NCBI RefSeq assembly: GCF_003704095.1
Contig: NW_020847478.1
Coordinates: forward strand, 434,001 to 498,000
Direction: 5' to 3'
Source of the DNA: Pocillopora damicornis
Taxonomy: Eukaryota
DNA length: 64,000 nt
A model generated the notes under the pieces. That model worked only from the letters and a program-made list of their open reading frames with translations. It made no database searches and had not been told where the DNA came from. Position 1 is the stretch's first letter, and every line of letters begins with the position of its first letter. Below, piece by piece: positions 38,224-51,440 of the stretch. The position numbers and the translations under genes were made by a program.

Positions 38224-41154
38224 AACTGACTTATTAAGGTCCATAGTGATTATATCCACGACAGGAAATTTTTTGCCATCTAAAGAAAGAGTTGGTATGA
38301 TACTTATTGGAGTGAATTACGGCTATATATTTTAGGAAACTGTTGTCAATTAACACATAAACTGAGGGGTGCATCATGTACTCGCTCAAAATAACCTTTT
38401 CTGGATTAAACTCAGTTTCACTTTCACTTTTTGAAGACTTCAACCCTCAGGGCTTACTAAGCACAGCGAACCCAATTTCTACCTTGAGGCCATTCTAAGT
38501 CGGAATGTGCCATGTTTGATATCCCTCTCATGTACCTTAAAGTAAAAACACCTCACGAGTAATCTCGTACCCAGACTCTACCGTGTAGCAGTAACTGAAA
38601 TGAAGGATCCTTATAACTGCTTTGCCGTGGAGGGTCTGGGCACGTGACTACCTAGTGATAGGTTGGGCTTTTCGAAGGGAGCAAGACAGCATAAAACTCA
38701 AAAAAGGACGTAAGTGTGGATATTTTCCCGAACACACAGGCAATAAAGAGAAATTTCAAACATTATCACGCAGGTAGTTTTATATATAATCTTTTATCGC
38801 CTGTACGAGATTCTAGTCCAGAGCAGTGCGTTTCCGTGATGTTTCACGGTTACCAATTTATACTCCTGTGTGGAGAGTAGCTCAGTGAAATAAACTTTCT
38901 TCTTAAAAGACAGCACATTGACCTGGGCAGGGTATGAATATGGGCCTCTTAATGAAAACCCAGCACGTCAATAAGTCCAGGGCCATTGTATCTCCCGAGC
39001 TTTGATTGGTAAAACTTGTAAGATCTTGCATGATCATCAAAACGGGCAAAAAAGGGCAATTAAGGCTTACAAAATTTTTCCAGTAGTAACAAAAATGCTA
39101 TAAATATCGATACCAAAATCTAGTGGGGAATTTTGCGATAGTCACCGGAATCCTGAATCCACCCCACATAAAAGGAAATTTAAGAGGATTGAGCCGGCCA
39201 TTTTAAAAATCGTACCACTACCAAGAACTTATTTTAAACTTGAAAATTTGACAGCAATTCCGAAGAAACTGGACGTGCCCATTCCATATGATCTTTGAAA
39301 TCGTAAGATTGTGGACATAAAGGATTTGTTGATGAGTGTTATCAAATTTGGGAGTTTTCTTTGGCAATATAACGAGAGTAATGGAAGACAAGATTTCAGC
39401 TATTGATACCGCTTGTAATCAATTTAGAAAAGCGTTAACTTAAGGTCGTCTGGGCCATGGCTTCAACAAGCCGACACAGTTTTAGAAAATATAATTACTT
39501 TCATTGAAACAATGTGAAATGAACGAAAATGTAAAAAAATTGATCCATATAGTAAATCGAAAGACGTGTAATGTTATGTGTCTAATGAGGAAACGTTTTG
39601 CGTTCTGGCATTCGAGATCATATAACTGACTTAAAACAATTGAAGTGTATATAGAAGTCGGCATAAAAGAAGTTGGCCAAAAAAGCTGGGAATGAAAATT
39701 TGTTAAAACGACTCAAAAATGACAGAGTGATTGAGATTTCAAAACCGAGAATAAGTAACGAATAAGAATATCAAAGGTGTACCTATAGACAAAAAGGGAG
39801 CGTTCTTGTCATAGAAGATTTGTCGATGAGTGATATACACTAGAAAAAAGATAACCCTTTCGATGAACCGCAATTAACGAAATTGCAGAAAAAACCCTGA
39901 AAAAAATTCAAGCCTCAAAGACACCTGTACTTGTAGATCATCCGTAGGTCAGAAAATACCTGTTTCGTTGTAGCGATTTGCACTTATGAAGTAGGGACGT
40001 TGCCTGATTCTTGTTTGAACGTGAATCAAACCCCTGACCAATGCAGCACTCAAGACGCCCAGAACTTCTATTGATATTTTTAACCCGCTTTTTGAATACA
40101 TCGATTTTATACATTCCTTTCAAAATGGAAAATATTGTTTTAAGAGTTGAAAGTTACAAAACTATGAAGAGCTAAGTTTTGATATTTTATCAAGAATGAT
40201 TTGGAAGCAAACTTACTGCCACAAGAGTCTTGTGGATGAGACGGTATATAAACTTTAACTGACATGCTCACAGAATCAGTCCGATGGTATTCAAGTTTAG
40301 ATATTTCAGATAGTTAGCTTTAGTCTGGAAAAACAAATATATCTAGGGTGTTCTAGATGATATTATCTCGCGGCTAAATGACCACAAAGCAGTTTTGGTT
40401 AGAAGAGTGAATTAAGCGGGTGTATATCATCCGTAAGATACTGATTGCTTTCGCAGGATACTGGGTTAAAAGGAAGAAAGTGTCGAATGGTTCAGAGGGA
40501 CTTGTAGTGTTCAAAATCATTTCAAGGAAAACATTCTATAGTTAGACGGTAGAGTTTATGAGTGATTTAGAAAGCATATGGAAATCATATAAACTGCGCG
40601 TGTTCCTGTGTCCTTTGACAATCAGCAAAGGAAAGTCGGCGAACGCAGATCCTAATTAATCTAAACATTCGGGGTGTTCCTAATTACTGAAGTTCAAAGT
40701 TTAAATATACTGACACATTTCTAGTAAAACTGAAAAACATAAGCGCATAGGAGGATGTTTTTCTACGCAATCTGGTTTTCTGAAGTACCAGAAACTGCAA
40801 AAGCATTTTTATATTAAAAACCGAGAACTATATATTAGTAATGGATGATTTGGAGCTGGAATCGATATAAGTATCGATAATTTTGTCGGTCTTGTCATGT
40901 CAAAATGATTTGGAAGAAACATTTCTGGACGTGAGAAGGTTTTTTGATCAGGGATATAAACAGCCTACGTTTTTCATCTTGCAATCACAACGAAAAAATA
41001 TTAAATTAATGCAAATATATTTTAAAATAAAATCGGCACAATCAAAGATATAAAAACATCATGGGTGTTCCAAATAATCTGATATCAAATTCAATTAAGG
41101 TTTAAATAAGACGAGGCATTTCTGTGTTGAGTCACTTGTGAGAGGTTGTTCACA

Positions 41155-44100
41155 ATGTCGAGCGTTGGGGGATCTTCCCGTCTTCTCGTGGTTTGCTGTT
41201 GTGTGTCGTTTATCAGTATTTTGCTGTACTGTGTTGGTTTTGTGATACTTGAGTTACAACTAGAAGCTTATAGAGAAAGACTCGAGACCTTTGAGATCAA
41301 AGAAAAAGGTCTTGAGGAAACACGAGCTCAGGAGAATGCAACAAAGGGTGAGTACACTGTATAGTGAGGAAAACTTCTTGCCAAAGTCTCGTGAACGAGG
41401 ACAGTTCGACTTGTTTTTAAACTTTCAGTCCAGACTGAGGCTAGAACAAAATTGGACTGAGAACTAATAAATAAACAAAAAGGGACAATCATTTCTCCTA
41501 TTTAAGAAGGGAGAAATGATTTAATGACAGTGAGAGGGTAAACAGTCCCATTTTAGAACTTTTACCACATTTTTAAATTTGCAGTTACCCTCCGACAGCT
41601 TTGCGTCCGTCCGTAAGTCCGAAAAGTTGTGGGTGTGTGACATATTGTTTTCCATTTTTTTTTAATGTTTGAGAAGCTCTTAGTGAGTTTTTCAGTGCAA
41701 TAATCGACAAAAAGGCAATGTTGTGTAATGTCGTAAATTGCTGTTAAAATTTGGTTTCATTTCATAGCTTTAAACTGAAACCCCACTTAGACAGAAAACC
41801 TCCAAAGAGGCACCTTCATCGTGCGGCAAATATACTAACTTTGAGCTCTCCCTGCCTTCCTCTTTCAAATACCCAACCATTCAAAAACTTTACTCATGGA
41901 TTAATTTCACAGAACTTCGCCCCCCGAATGTTCAGTCTCTCCGCTCTTCAGGAAAAGAGAGGAGCCCGAGAGCTGCTGAGACTCCTCCAAAAGGAGACAA
42001 CGACGTTTTAACTCCAGAAATACAGCAACAAATCAACAGATCAGTTTACTCCGTAACGAAAAAGATCTGTACCGGCAGAAGTCAAATCTGTGTACAAGGA
42101 CCCCCTGGAAAGGTTGGACCCCGAGGGCCTCATGGTCCCCCTGGGTATCCGGGGCTTCCCGGACCCCCTGGGATAAAGGGACAGAAGGGTGATCCCGGAG
42201 AGCCCACCTCGCTGACTCCGACCTCCCTCCAGCCATTCAGGGGACAGGCAGCGGATGTTATTTCTGCCCCTGGGATTGTGGTGACACCAGCTGTCAGCAC
42301 TGTTGCCTTGGGTCAGTCGGCTTCATTCCAGTGTTTGGCGAAGAAAAACATGGATGTGACAGTTTCCTGGTTCAAGGAAGTTGGCTCCCTTCCAAGTGAA
42401 AGATACTCCATCATCAAAGGATCTCTTCACATCAAGAATGCTACAGTGGGTGACAATGGGATGTATGTTTGCACAATTCGTACTGACCAGGGGACCGCTC
42501 AGGCTTCTGTTACACTCAACGTGAAAGGTAACCGATAAACGTTGCTGTTACCAGGCCAGTTACGTATATGTTTACTTTTGTATAGCCGAAAATGGCAAGT
42601 AGCAATCTCAATGATTTAATAATTACCGTAGCTATTTCTGTTTTTGGCAATTTCTTTCTTCACTTAAGGGAAAAAAACAGCCTCTTAATTTCATCATTGA
42701 TCAATACCTCAGTCAATTTTGAGACATCACCATCAAGAGAGTATGTATAATGTACCCCAGGCCAGTTACGTATATGTTTACTTTTGTATAGCCGAAAATG
42801 GCAATTAGCAATCTCAATGATTTAATAATTACCGTAGCTATTTCTGTTTTTGGCAATTTCTTTGAGACATCACCATCTGAAACAATTTTTAAGAGAAATT
42901 TGTCAGGTTTTGGCATTAATGATTTCACATGTTAAACACGGAGACGACATGTTTAACAACTTTCATCTATAAGGGGCCTTTATTACGTTGATAGCAATGT
43001 TATGACAAAAGTCAATTTAAAGCAAAGCTGTAGTAACGTACAATCCTATGGGACAAACAGAGTCCGGTGTGACTGGGGTACATTATACATACTCTCTTGA
43101 AGTTATAGCTGCACAGGTCAAGATCATTTTCTTCATTATTTTTCCAACTTTATCATCATAGCTCGCCCACTCATTTCCCTTTCTGCTGGACCGATCTACT
43201 CCGAGAGTGGAAAGGAGGTCAAACTCCCTCTATGCCAAGTCATAGGATATCCCCCTCCTGTGGTTTCATGGACAAAACTGTTTGGTGATCTACCTGCTGG
43301 AAGGGCCACTGTACATGGCCACACCCTGACCATCGCAAAGGCAGACAAGAAAGATTCAGGAACCTATATATGCACAGCTTCGAACGCCATGGGTACAACA
43401 CATTCCATGACATCTCTGATAGTCAATGTGGTGCCTCAGTTTACTGTCAAGCCACCAGAGAAGATTGAGCTTTACCATGGACAGTCAGTGACGCTTAACT
43501 GCTCTGCAGAGGGACATCCAGTACCCAGCATCACCTGGACACGGTGTAAAGGAGACATAGCAGCAGACCGGTCTGAAATGGAAGAAGAACAGTTGAAGAT
43601 AAATAGTTTGACGGCAAAGGACAGTGGGACATACATCTGCTCTGCACAGAGCGAGTTTGTTCACGTGGAGACTGAGGTGCAACTGATTGTGAAAACAGGT
43701 GAGCAATATTTGCTGTAATAATCTTGCAGAATAGTGGAATGGTTTAATAGGTAGATGAACATGCAGATCTTCTGGTCCTTTCCTCGCCTACTCGTTGTTC
43801 CTTTCTTGGTCGAATTATTTGATGTTGTTGTTGTTGTTTTTTTTTTTTGCACGTGTGTATATTTTGAACAATCCTAAGAGGATGCCAATTTACGATAATC
43901 ATATCATAACTTTGAACCGCTTCTCAAGAGTATGAATATAGACTGAACGAAAAGACGACCAGTTTCGCAAAATTAATTTCCATTTCCCGAAAAAATTGAA
44001 AGAATAAGAAAATTACTTGTCAGAGATAAAGCTGAACAGAAAAATAGTCTGCCATTTTGTAACAAATTGAATGAGGCTAGAATCCCTTGACCCTAAAAAA

Positions 44101-44903
44101 ATAATATTCAAGGAAATCATATTTGTTGTCAATAACGTAAAAATACTAAAGTTACTGGCAATAAAATATATTCTTTCAAGTTTTGAAACGGCAAGAAATC
44201 GGTGGTCAATCACTTCATCCTTTTTTCGAACTTTTTACAAGTCCTGATGTCGAATAGCTCAGGGAATTTATTCTTGCTGAAACTTTCTTATTTTGATTCT
44301 TCAGCCCGAGATTGCGCAGAGCTCTTCGCTGCCGGCTTCAAGGATAGCGGAGTGTATACAGTCAACCCAGCAAACAAAACCAGTTTTGAAGTGTACTGTG
44401 ACATGACGACGGATGGTGGTGGATGGACCGTCTTTCACAAACGCTTTGATGGGTTTGTTGGATTCTACAGGGACTGGGACGAGTACAAGAATGGATTTGG
44501 TGACGTCAGAGGGGAGTTTTGGCTTGGAAACGAAAAGATTCATCAACTGACTGAGATCCCGAGTCAGCTGAGGGTGGAAGTCCACAGCACTTCTCAAGGA
44601 AATAAATTTGCTAAATATAATAATTTTACGGTCACAAACGAAGCTTCTAACTATACACTGTTCGTTGGTTTCTATTCTGGTGATTCATTAGACCAGCTTA
44701 CATACCACAATAGTATGGCTTTTTCCACGAAGGACAGGGATAATGACAAAGGCGACTGGGACTGTGCTAAGTATTACAAGGGAGGTTGGTGGTATAACAA
44801 TTGTCAATACTCTAATCTCAACAGTAACTATGGAGATGGCTATTACCAATGGACCTGGGACCTCAACGGAAGCCAGATGAAACTGAAACCCAAATCTCCC
44901 TAA
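41155..44903 (+). CDS. Cnidarian ficolin-like protein, copy 1 (type II TM - stalk/RSPR - collagen - 3 Ig - fibrinogen C-domain), 647 aa
   Basis: Exons 41155-41347, 41913-42527, 43162-43698 and 44305-44903 total 1944 nt in frame. N-terminal TM, 12 Gly-X-Y triplets, three Ig domains (D.G.Y.C), and an FBG domain ([33 protein letters not shown]). Confidence 0.92.
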
Positions 44904-46826
44904 TAAATAAACTAAGGCTGGAAACTTGCGCAAAACGATACCATACAAAAAATCGAATTTGGGAGTTGCTTTTGTAATGGTATAAAATATGAATTAAGGG
45001 AAATTTGTAACATCAAAACTTTGGTAAAACTCGGTGTATGTAAATCAGAAGTTAAAACTTGTCTAGTTAATTCAAAGCAGTTTGATAACTTAGGCCTCAC
45101 TTGGAGCATTTCTTTTTTCTCAGGCTTGTTAATCAGTTAAGGGATATCTATCGGCTGCAAAATCTTAAGGTCGTAATTTAGCACAGATATTGACGGGTTG
45201 AAAGTAGCCAGTATATTGTTTAGATGTCTTGATGTAACACACGATAACAAACAACGTCAAAAGCATGTCTTTTAAGAAATGTTGAATGTGGCCAAAACTT
45301 TCGTTGTATGATTTTTAGCCATCAACAGCATTTTTTGCCGTATAATTACTGAATAATCTTTTATATGTTACGAAAATATATTCAATGTGTCTAATTCGTT
45401 GGAAACAGTCTTTAGTCTCAGAATACCATTCATCTTTTGATCGTAATATTACTTCTCTAATAATATACAAGAAAAACTTTATTCGCTTCGAATTACCTAA
45501 AAACGAATGCATTTTTCATGTAACACGGGTGCAAATTACATACAGCACGCGCGCGCTGTCAAAATTTCGTCTGTTTTGACTGTCCATGACGTTCTTTTCA
45601 TATTAACTATTAACAAGTAACAACATGATTTCTCGCACAGTTTGGTGTAATTAAGCACTTATAATTTTTTCAAAGGTTACATGTTGCACTCGGCTTACGT
45701 GCTCGTGCAATTTTGTTGTCTTTTAAAAATTTACTCGCGCGTATTAACACCAAATTGTACTTAAAATGACCTTATTTCATATGCAAATTTTCAAGGGAAG
45801 CCTGTGTTGGGTTGTGAAGTGCGTTTGGGGATTTTGTTACTGCTCTTTACCCCACTCAGTTGGGGAGTATTGCTCCCCGACGTTATAGTAACTTTTGTTC
45901 TTGACTTGATTAAGGCTGTAATGTAACTTAGAACTATTTCAAAGTTGCGCCCTTTGATCACCGGCTGTACTCATTGTGTTTTCCTGTGTCTCACATTCAT
46001 TTGATTTTTGAAAAATAATCTGAGGGTTACGACGGACAACAATGAAACAGATGCATACAAAGAATGCAAAACGATACTTTCCACAGTTGACCTTCTTTGA
46101 CATAAAGTGAGATAGCAAAATTTATCCATACTTTTCTCTCTTAACCCTTCGACTCCATGAGGTGATGAGTTTCTCTGGGAGTCAATTTAGAAAAGCATTA
46201 ACTTAAGGTCATCTAGGCCATGGCCTCAACAAGCCGACACAGTTTTAGAAAATATAATTACTTTCATTGAATACATGGTGAAAGGAGTGAAAACGTAAAA
46301 AAATTGATCCATATAATAGATGGAAAGACTTGTAATGTTTCACGTTATGGCTATCGGAATCAGATAACTGATTAGAAAACAAAGAGTATATTAAAGTCGG
46401 CATAAGAGAAGTTGGCCAAAAAAAGCGGGGAATGAAAACAAGTTAAAATGATTCAAAAATGAAATAGTGATTGAGATTTCAAAACCGAGAATCTGCCAAA
46501 GAATAAGTAACGACTTGCAATATTAAAGGTGTTCCTATGGACAAAAAGAAAGCGTTCGTCATAAAAGTTTCGTCGATGATTGATATACACTAGAAAAAAA
46601 AGATAATCCTTTCAGATGAACCGCAATAAACGAAATTGCAGGAAAAACCCTGAAAAAACTAAAGCCTCAAAGACACATGCGGGGATCGCCTCTGTACTTG
46701 TAGATCATCCGTACGCCAGAAATCACCTCTTTCGGTGTAACGATTAGCACTCATGAAGTAGGGACATTGCCAAAAAATTCTGGCTCGAACGCGAGTCAAA
46801 ACCCTGACAGATGCAGCATTCAAGAC

Positions 46827-47045
46827 TGTAAAGAAGAAAGTACCGGACTGGCGCGTCGTGCAATTAGCGCGTGCGCTGAGACATTTTACGCTAATCAGTT
46901 CGTAAGCAAGTTACGCGTACGATTTCTCGCGTGTGTGTTTTCGCAGTTTTAGTCGCATTTAGTCGCATTTGGGAGATTTTCGTTACCGCTTGTGTTTTTT
47001 TAGTTTTAGTCGCATTTAGGAGATTTTCGTTATCGCTTCCGAACA
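46827..47045. mobile_element. Solo LTR (219 bp) with 5-bp target-site duplication
   Basis: TGTA...AACA termini flanked by AAGAC (46822-46826 and 47046-47050); the paralogous site near 40052 has a single AAGAC and no insert. Confidence 0.8.
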
Positions 47046-48154
47046 AAGACGCTTAGGGCCTCTATTGAAATTTTCATCCCTCTTTTTAAATATACAGATT
47101 TTATACATTCCTTTTAAAAGAAAACTATTGTTTTAAGAGTTGAAAGTTACAAAACTATGAAGAGCTAAGTTTTGATATTTTATTAAGAATGATTAGGAAG
47201 CAAACTCACTGCCACAAGAGCCTTGTGGATGAAACGGTATATAAACTGCAAATGTTTTTACTGACAGGCGCACTGAATCAGTCCGATGGTAAAACACTTT
47301 AGTTATTTCAGATTGTTAGCTTAAGTCTGGGAAAACAAAATATATCCAGGGTGTTCTAGATGATATTATCTCGCGGCTAAATGACCACAAAGCAGTTTTG
47401 GTTAGAAGAGTGAATTAAGTGGGTGTATATCATCCGTAAGATACTGATTGCTTTCGCAGGATACTGGGTTAAAAGGAAGAAAGTGTAAAATGGTTTAGTG
47501 GGACTTGTAGTGTTCAAAATTATTTCAAGGAAAACATTCTATAGTTAGACAGTAGAGTTTATGAGTGATTTTAGAAAACATATGGCAATCATACAAACTG
47601 CGCGTGTTCATGTGTCCTTTGACAATCAGCAAAGGAAAGTCGGCGAACACAGATTTTAATTAATCTAAACATTCGGGGTGTTCCTAATTACTGAAGTTCA
47701 AAGTTTAAATATACTGACACATTTCTAGTGAAACTGAAAAACATACGCGCATAGGAGGATGTTTTTTCTACGCAATCTGGCTTCTAGAGTACCAGAAACT
47801 GCAAAAGTATTTTTATATTAAAAGCGAGAACCATATATTAGTGATTGATGATTTGGAGCCGGAATCGACATAAGTATCAATAATTTTGTTGGTCTTGTTA
47901 TATCAAAATGATTTGGAAGAAACCTTTCTAGACGTGAGAAGGTTTTTTGATGAGTGATATAAACAGCCTGTGTTTTTCATCTTGCACACAACGAAAAATG
48001 TTAAATTAATGCAAATATATTTTAAAATAAAATCGGCACAATCAAAGATATAAAAACATCATGGGTGTTCCAAACAATCTGATATCAAATGCAATTAAGG
48101 TTTAAATAAGACGAGGCATATCAGTGTTGAGTCACTTGTGAGAGGTTGTTCACA

Positions 48155-51100
48155 ATGTCGAGCGTTGGAGGATCTTCCCGTCTTCTCGTGGTTTGCTGTT
48201 GTGTGTCGTTTATCAGTATTTTGCTGTACTGTGTTGGTTTTGTGATACTTGAGTTACAACTAGAAGCTTATAGAGAAAGACTCGAGACCTTTGAGATCAA
48301 AGAAAAAGATCTTGAGGAAACACGAGCTCAGGAGAATGCAACAAAGGGTGAATACACTTCATAGTGAGGAAAGCTTCTTGCCAAAGTCTCGTGAACGAGG
48401 ACAGTTCGACTTGTTTTTAAACTTTCAGTCCAGACTGAGGCTAGAACAAAATTGGACTGAGAACTAATAAATGAACAAAAAGGGACAACTAAATTTAAAC
48501 ATATTAAGCGCACAAAAGAACCACTAAAATTATCATTGAGCAGTGTTGGTATTCCACAGGCAGTGTCTCATAAACTCACGTAAGCCCTATTTAAGAAGGG
48601 AGAAACTATTTAATGACAGTGAGAGGGTAAACAGTCCCATTTTAGAACTTTTACCACATTTTTAAATTTGCAGTTACCCTCCGACAGCTTTGCGTCCGTC
48701 CGTAAGTCCGAAAAGTTGTGGGTGTGCGACATATTGTTTCCATTTTTTATTTAATGTTTGAGAAGCTCTTGGCGAGTTTTTCAATGCAATGATCGACGAA
48801 AAATGCAATGTTGTGTAATCTCGTAAATTGCTGTTAATCTTTGGTTTCATCTCATAGCTTTAAACCCCACGTAGACAGAAAACCTCCAAAGAGGCACCTT
48901 CATCGTGCGGAAAATGTACTAACTTTGAGCCCTCACTACCTTTCTCTTTCAAATACCCAACCATTCAAAAACTTTACGCATGGATTAATTTCACAGAACT
49001 TCGCCCCCCGAATGTTCAGTCTCTCAGCTCTTCAGGAAAAGAGAGGAGCCCGAGAGCTGCTGAGACTCCTCCAAAAGGAGACAACGACGTTTTAACTCCA
49101 GAAATACAGCAACAAATCAACAGATCAATTTACTCCGTAACGAAAAAGATCTGCACCAGCAGAAGTCAGATCTGTGTACAAGGACCCCCCGGAAAGGTTG
49201 GACCCCGAGGGCCTCATGGTCCCCCTGGATATCCGGGGCTTCCCGGACCCCCTGGGATTAAGGGACAGAAGGGCGAGCCCGGAAAGCCCACCTCACTGAC
49301 TCCGACCTCCCTCCAGCCATTCAGGGGACAGGCAGCGGATGTTATTTCTACCCCTGGGATTGTGGTGACACCAGCTGTCAGCACTGTTGCCTTGGGTCAG
49401 TCGGCTTCATTCCAGTGTTTGGCGAAGAAAAACATGGATGTGACAGTTTCCTGGTTCAAGGAAGCTGGCTCCCTTCCAAGCGGAAGATACTCCATCATCA
49501 AAGGATCTCTTCACATCAAGAATGCTACAGTGGGTGACAATGGGATGTATGTTTGCACAATTCGTACTGACCAGGGGACCGCTCAGGCTTCTGTTACACT
49601 CAACGTGAAAGGTAACCTTGCTGTTACTAGGCCAGTTACGTTTATTTTTGCTTTTATTTAACCGATAATGGGGAGTAGCAATCCCAATGGTTTAATAATT
49701 ACCGTAACTAATTCTGTTTATGGCAAATGCTTTCTTTACTTTAGGGAAAAATGCCTCTTAATTTCATCATACCCTGTAGATCAATACCTCGGTCAATTTT
49801 GAGACATCACTATCTTGAACAGTTTTTCAGAGAAATTTGTCAGGTTTTTGGCATTAATGATTTCCCATGTTAAACACGGAGATGACATGTTCAACAACTT
49901 TCATCAATAAGGGGCCTTGATTACTGTGATATCAATGTTATGAAAAAAGTCAATTTAAAGAAAATCTGTAGTAACAGACTATCTTTTGGGACAAACAGAA
50001 TCCCGTGTGACTGGAGTACATTATTATACATACTCTCTTGAAGTTATAATTGCACAGGTCAAGATCATTTTCTTCATTATTTTTTCCAACTATATCACCT
50101 TAGCTCGTCCACTCATCTCTCTTCCTACTGGACCGATCTACACCGAGAGTGGAAAGGAAGTAAAACTCCCTCTATGCCAGGTCATAGGATATCCCCCTCC
50201 CGTGGTTTCATGGACAAAACTGTTTGGTGATCTACCGGGTGGAAGGGCCACTGTACATGGCCACACCCTGACCATCGCAAAGGCAGACAAGAAAGATTCA
50301 GGAACCTACATCTGCACAGCTTCGAACGCCATGGGTACAACACATTCCATGACATCTCTGATAGTCAATGTAGTACCTCAGTTTACTGTCAAGCCACCAG
50401 AGAAGATTGAGCTTTACCATGGACAGTCAGTGACACTCAACTGCTCTGCAGAGGGACATCCAGAACCCAGCATCACCTGGACACGATGTAAGGGAGACAT
50501 AGCAGCAGACCGGTCTGAAATGGAAGGAGGACAACTGAAGATAAACAGTTTAACAGCAAAGGACAGTGGGACGTACATCTGCTCAGCACAGAGCGAGTTT
50601 GTTCACGTGGAGACTGAGGTGCAACTGATTGTGAAAACAGGTGAACAATATTTGCTGTAATAACCTTGCAGAATAGTGAAATTTTTTAGTAGGTAGATGA
50701 ACATGCAGATCTTTTGTTCCTTTCCTCGCCTACGTGTTGTTTCTTTCCTGGTCGAATTATTTGATGTTTCTGTTTCAAGGTCTAATTTAGAATGGCTCAG
50801 AAATTATTTCTTATTAAAACATTTCTGTTTTTTTTCTTTAGCCCGAGATTGCACAGAGCTCTTTGCTACTGGCTTCAAGGAAAGTGGAGTGTACACAGTC
50901 AACCCAGCAAACAAAACCAGTTTTGAAGTGTACTGTGACATGACGACGGATGGTGGTGGATGGACCGTCTTTCACAAGCGCTATAATGGGTTCGTTGGAT
51001 TCTACAGGGACTGGGACGAGTACAAGAATGGATTTGGTGACGTCAGAGGAGAGTTTTGGCTTGGAAACGAAAAGATTCATCAACTGACTGAGATCCCGAG

Positions 51101-51440
51101 TCAGCTGAGGGTGGAAATCAACACCACATCGGCTGGAAATAAATATGCTAGATATGATAATTTTACAGTCACAAACGAAGCTTCTAACTACACATTGTTC
51201 GTTGGTTTTTATTCTGGTGATGCAAACGACCAGCTCACCTACCATAGTAGTATGGCTTTTACCACAAAGGACAGGGATAATGACAAGAATGGTGGGAACT
51301 GTGCTATATCTCAAAAAGGAGCATGGTGGTATAACAGCTGTTATCACTCTAACCTTAACAGTAACTATGGAGGTAGCGACTATAATTGGAACTGGGGCCT
51401 CAAGGGAAGCCAGATGAAACTGAAACCCAAATCCCCCTGA
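48155..51440 (+). CDS. Cnidarian ficolin-like protein, copy 2, 647 aa
   Basis: Exons 48155-48347, 48997-49611, 50104-50640 and 50842-51440, with the same lengths and domains as copy 1 and an intact frame. Confidence 0.92.

Noticed and set aside
41751-42011. 86-aa ORF (and its twin at 48841-49095) containing KRGAR as a furin site
   Set aside because: Wrong frame; splicing phase puts exon 2 in the frame encoding RSPR and the collagen repeat.
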